NCBI GenBank assembly: GCA_965262715.1
Contig: OZ253553.1
Coordinates: forward strand, 352,001 to 416,000
Direction: 5' to 3'
DNA: 64,000 nucleotides
DNA from: Bdellovibrionales bacterium
GTDB taxonomy: Bacteria; Bdellovibrionota; Bdellovibrionia; Bdellovibrionales; JAUICD01
In this document: positions 61,825 through 64,000 of the stretch, one piece after another
How positions within the stretch are numbered: the stretch's first letter is position 1
Layout: each line of letters opens with the position of its first letter
Notes under the pieces: model-generated
The model's database searches: none
Told to the model about the DNA's origin: nothing
Seen by the model: only the letters and a program-made list of their open reading frames with translations
Position numbers and translations under genes: made by a program

Positions 61825-64000
61825 ATGATGAGATATAAAGTTTTAAATAGCTTACAAACTCAGTTTAATAATAAAATTCGAGGCTCTGTTGTCTTTTTTA
61901 AAAACTTAAGAGGTAAGTCTTCGAATTTGATGTATCTCTTTATGATTTTTGTGGTCCCTATTTTTTTGATAGCCTTTCAAAACTGTAAAACCACTGGTTT
62001 GGACACGTCACTTTTAGATAGCGGTGAAGGGGTGAGTAATTATGATCGGGGCCATATTGTTCGAATAGATACTGAAACTGATGATTTTATAGAAGAGGGA
62101 CTTCTTCCTATCGATACAGATATAAAAATGAAGTTTATAAATGCTCATGAAGATGCTGATACTTATAGATGGACGATCAATAGAGGTTTTGATCCTATTG
62201 TGTCAGATGCTTCAACAAATGAAGAGACCTATACAACACAATTCTCTCAAGTTGGAGCTTATGATGTCTTTGCAGACTCGTATGAATCTGGAACGTTTCT
62301 GCGCTCAGCTAGTAAACGTTTTGTGGCTGGCCAGTCTTGCTCACTCACTGATATTTTAGAAATAGATCTGTATCAGGTTCTTTAAAAGTTGGTGAGTCTG
62401 CTACCTTTGGTTTAAGGTATAGTGGTGAGTTTTCTTCTACGAAATGGAAGGCAACGCTTCCTTCTGGAGAAGTAGAAGAAAAAACAGATGACGACAGTAC
62501 AGATGATGAAAATGAAGACTATAATACTTTAGAACTTTCATTTGAAAATGAAAGTTCAGGAGGTTTGGTGATTGAGGTTTCTGCCTCACATATTGATAGG
62601 AGTGAGTGTCTCACTTATAGAAAACAAAGCCTTAATGTTACTTCTACACTAAGACCTCACTTTAATCCTATAACCATTACAGATGGCACTGATGAAATAG
62701 CTGTGATGTTGGAAAACAATGACATTTATAAATATCCAAGACCAAGTGGTAACCAATATTTAGAGGTGGAAGTTCTCCATGGCCATACTTGTAATTATAA
62801 AGTTAATGAAGATGATAAAACTGAGTTTACTTGTAGTTCTGGATCGATAAATATCAGTTTAGATTCAGGTACAGCTTGCGATGAGTCCACTATAGAGCTT
62901 TGGGCATCTGGTGGTGAAGATGAAGAAGAATCAGAACAAGAAAAACGAACCTATTACAATTTCTGTCCAGAGGGTAGTGATTATTGCTATTTAGGACCTG
63001 GTGATGAAAGACAGAGCTATCATCTATGTTCTCGTGATATTGCTAGTGAAAGCTCAGAAGGTAATGTTGCAAGAACAAGCTTTGAGGTTGATCCAGCAAA
63101 TGGGAGATGTGGAGAAGCAGAAAATGCTTGTCAAATAGGTAACTTAACAGACCTTGCAGATACAGATACTCATTACAAATGGCAATGTGTAGGTATTGGT
63201 AGTGGCGCAACGGCAGATTGTGAAAAATTTATACCCATCAGTGGAGTTTGTGATAACTCTGTGAGAAATGGCTGTGGCGCAGGTGAGGCTAATGATGAGG
63301 CTATAGCAGATACAACCACTCATTACACATGGGCTTGTGAGGGACTGCATGATGGCAGTACAGCAAATGATTGTCAGATAAGAAAACCAATAAATGGAGT
63401 CTGTGATAACAGTCAAAGAAATGCTTGTTCTACTGGTGATTCTGATGATGCAGCTATAGTAGATACACCTACTCATTACAGATGGCATTGTAAAGGTTTA
63501 TATGAAGGTACGACAGCAACAGATTGTCAAAGAGAACTGCCTCCGCAACCTGTCAATGGAGTTTGTAATAATTCTAAAAGAAATGGTTGTTCTACTGGTG
63601 ATTCTAACGATGCAGTTATAGCAGATACAAATACCTATTACACATGGCACTGTGTAGGTCAGCACGGTGGCAGTACAGCAACAGGTTGTCAGATACGGAA
63701 ACCAATCAATGGAGTCTGTAACAATAACCAAAAATATAGTTGTTCTACAGGAACTTCCAATGCTTCAGCTATAGCAGATACATCTACTCTTTATAAATGG
63801 CATTGCGTAGGTAAACACGGTGGCAATACAGCAAGAAATTGTCAAAAAGCCATACCTGTCAATGGTGCTTGTGATAATTCTAAAAGAAATGGTTGTTCTA
63901 CTGGTGATTCTAACGATGCAGCTATAGTAGATACAAATACCTATTACAGATGGCACTGTGTAGGTCAGCACGGTGGCAGTACAGCAACAGGTTGTCAGAT
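61825..64000 (+). CDS. Large FQNC-type surface lipoprotein with PKD-like domain and ~51-aa Cys repeats; frameshift near 62371; runs off window
   Basis: IAFQNC; after 62372 the frame starting at 62373 appears open to 64000 and contains YYNFCPEGSDYCYLGP and six NG.C..N.C..G...D...Y.W.C.G..(G)G.TA..C repeats. Confidence 0.75.

Noticed and set aside
63144..63971. Minus-strand ORFs near the window end
   Set aside because: Antisense shadows of the plus-strand Cys-repeat ORF

Overview
AT-rich bacterial chromosomal segment. The gene content (FQNC-type lipoproteins, a Pal/DUF4398/CpoB cluster, a receiver-J-domain-TPR protein, an RDD+rhomboid pair) suggests Bdellovibrionota/Oligoflexia, and the ankyrin proteins plus IS expansion suggest a host-associated lifestyle; both are inferences. 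Housekeeping genes: rmuC, sufCD, tRNA-Arg(CCT), pstAB, mpg, hsp20, an N-domain-less clpB, pal, asd, an rRNA pseudouridine synthase, a 2Fe-2S ferredoxin and trxA. Mobile DNA: one complete IS5/IS903-group element (9-bp TSD) and an IS30-family element present as 3 intact copies, 1 frameshifted copy, 2 fragments and a MITE-like derivative. The most striking content is non-coding: four interleaved families of palindromic repeats. Family A is a set of modular rod-like hairpins with compensatory stem changes and fixed bulges, in 192/294/297-bp tandem arrays; one array carries displaced, mostly synonymously diverged copies of the asd 3' end. Family B is MITE-like with an octamer-repeat hairpin. Family C is a covarying TTCCGCA-hairpin found both inside IS30 and free-standing. 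Family D is an IR-bounded, promoter-like segment inside the IS903-like end that is flipped in a relic copy. A four-helix-bundle (Avd/23S-IVP-like) gene sits between 56-bp direct repeats joined to families A and B. The ORF track misses a long Cys-repeat ORF that runs off the right end.
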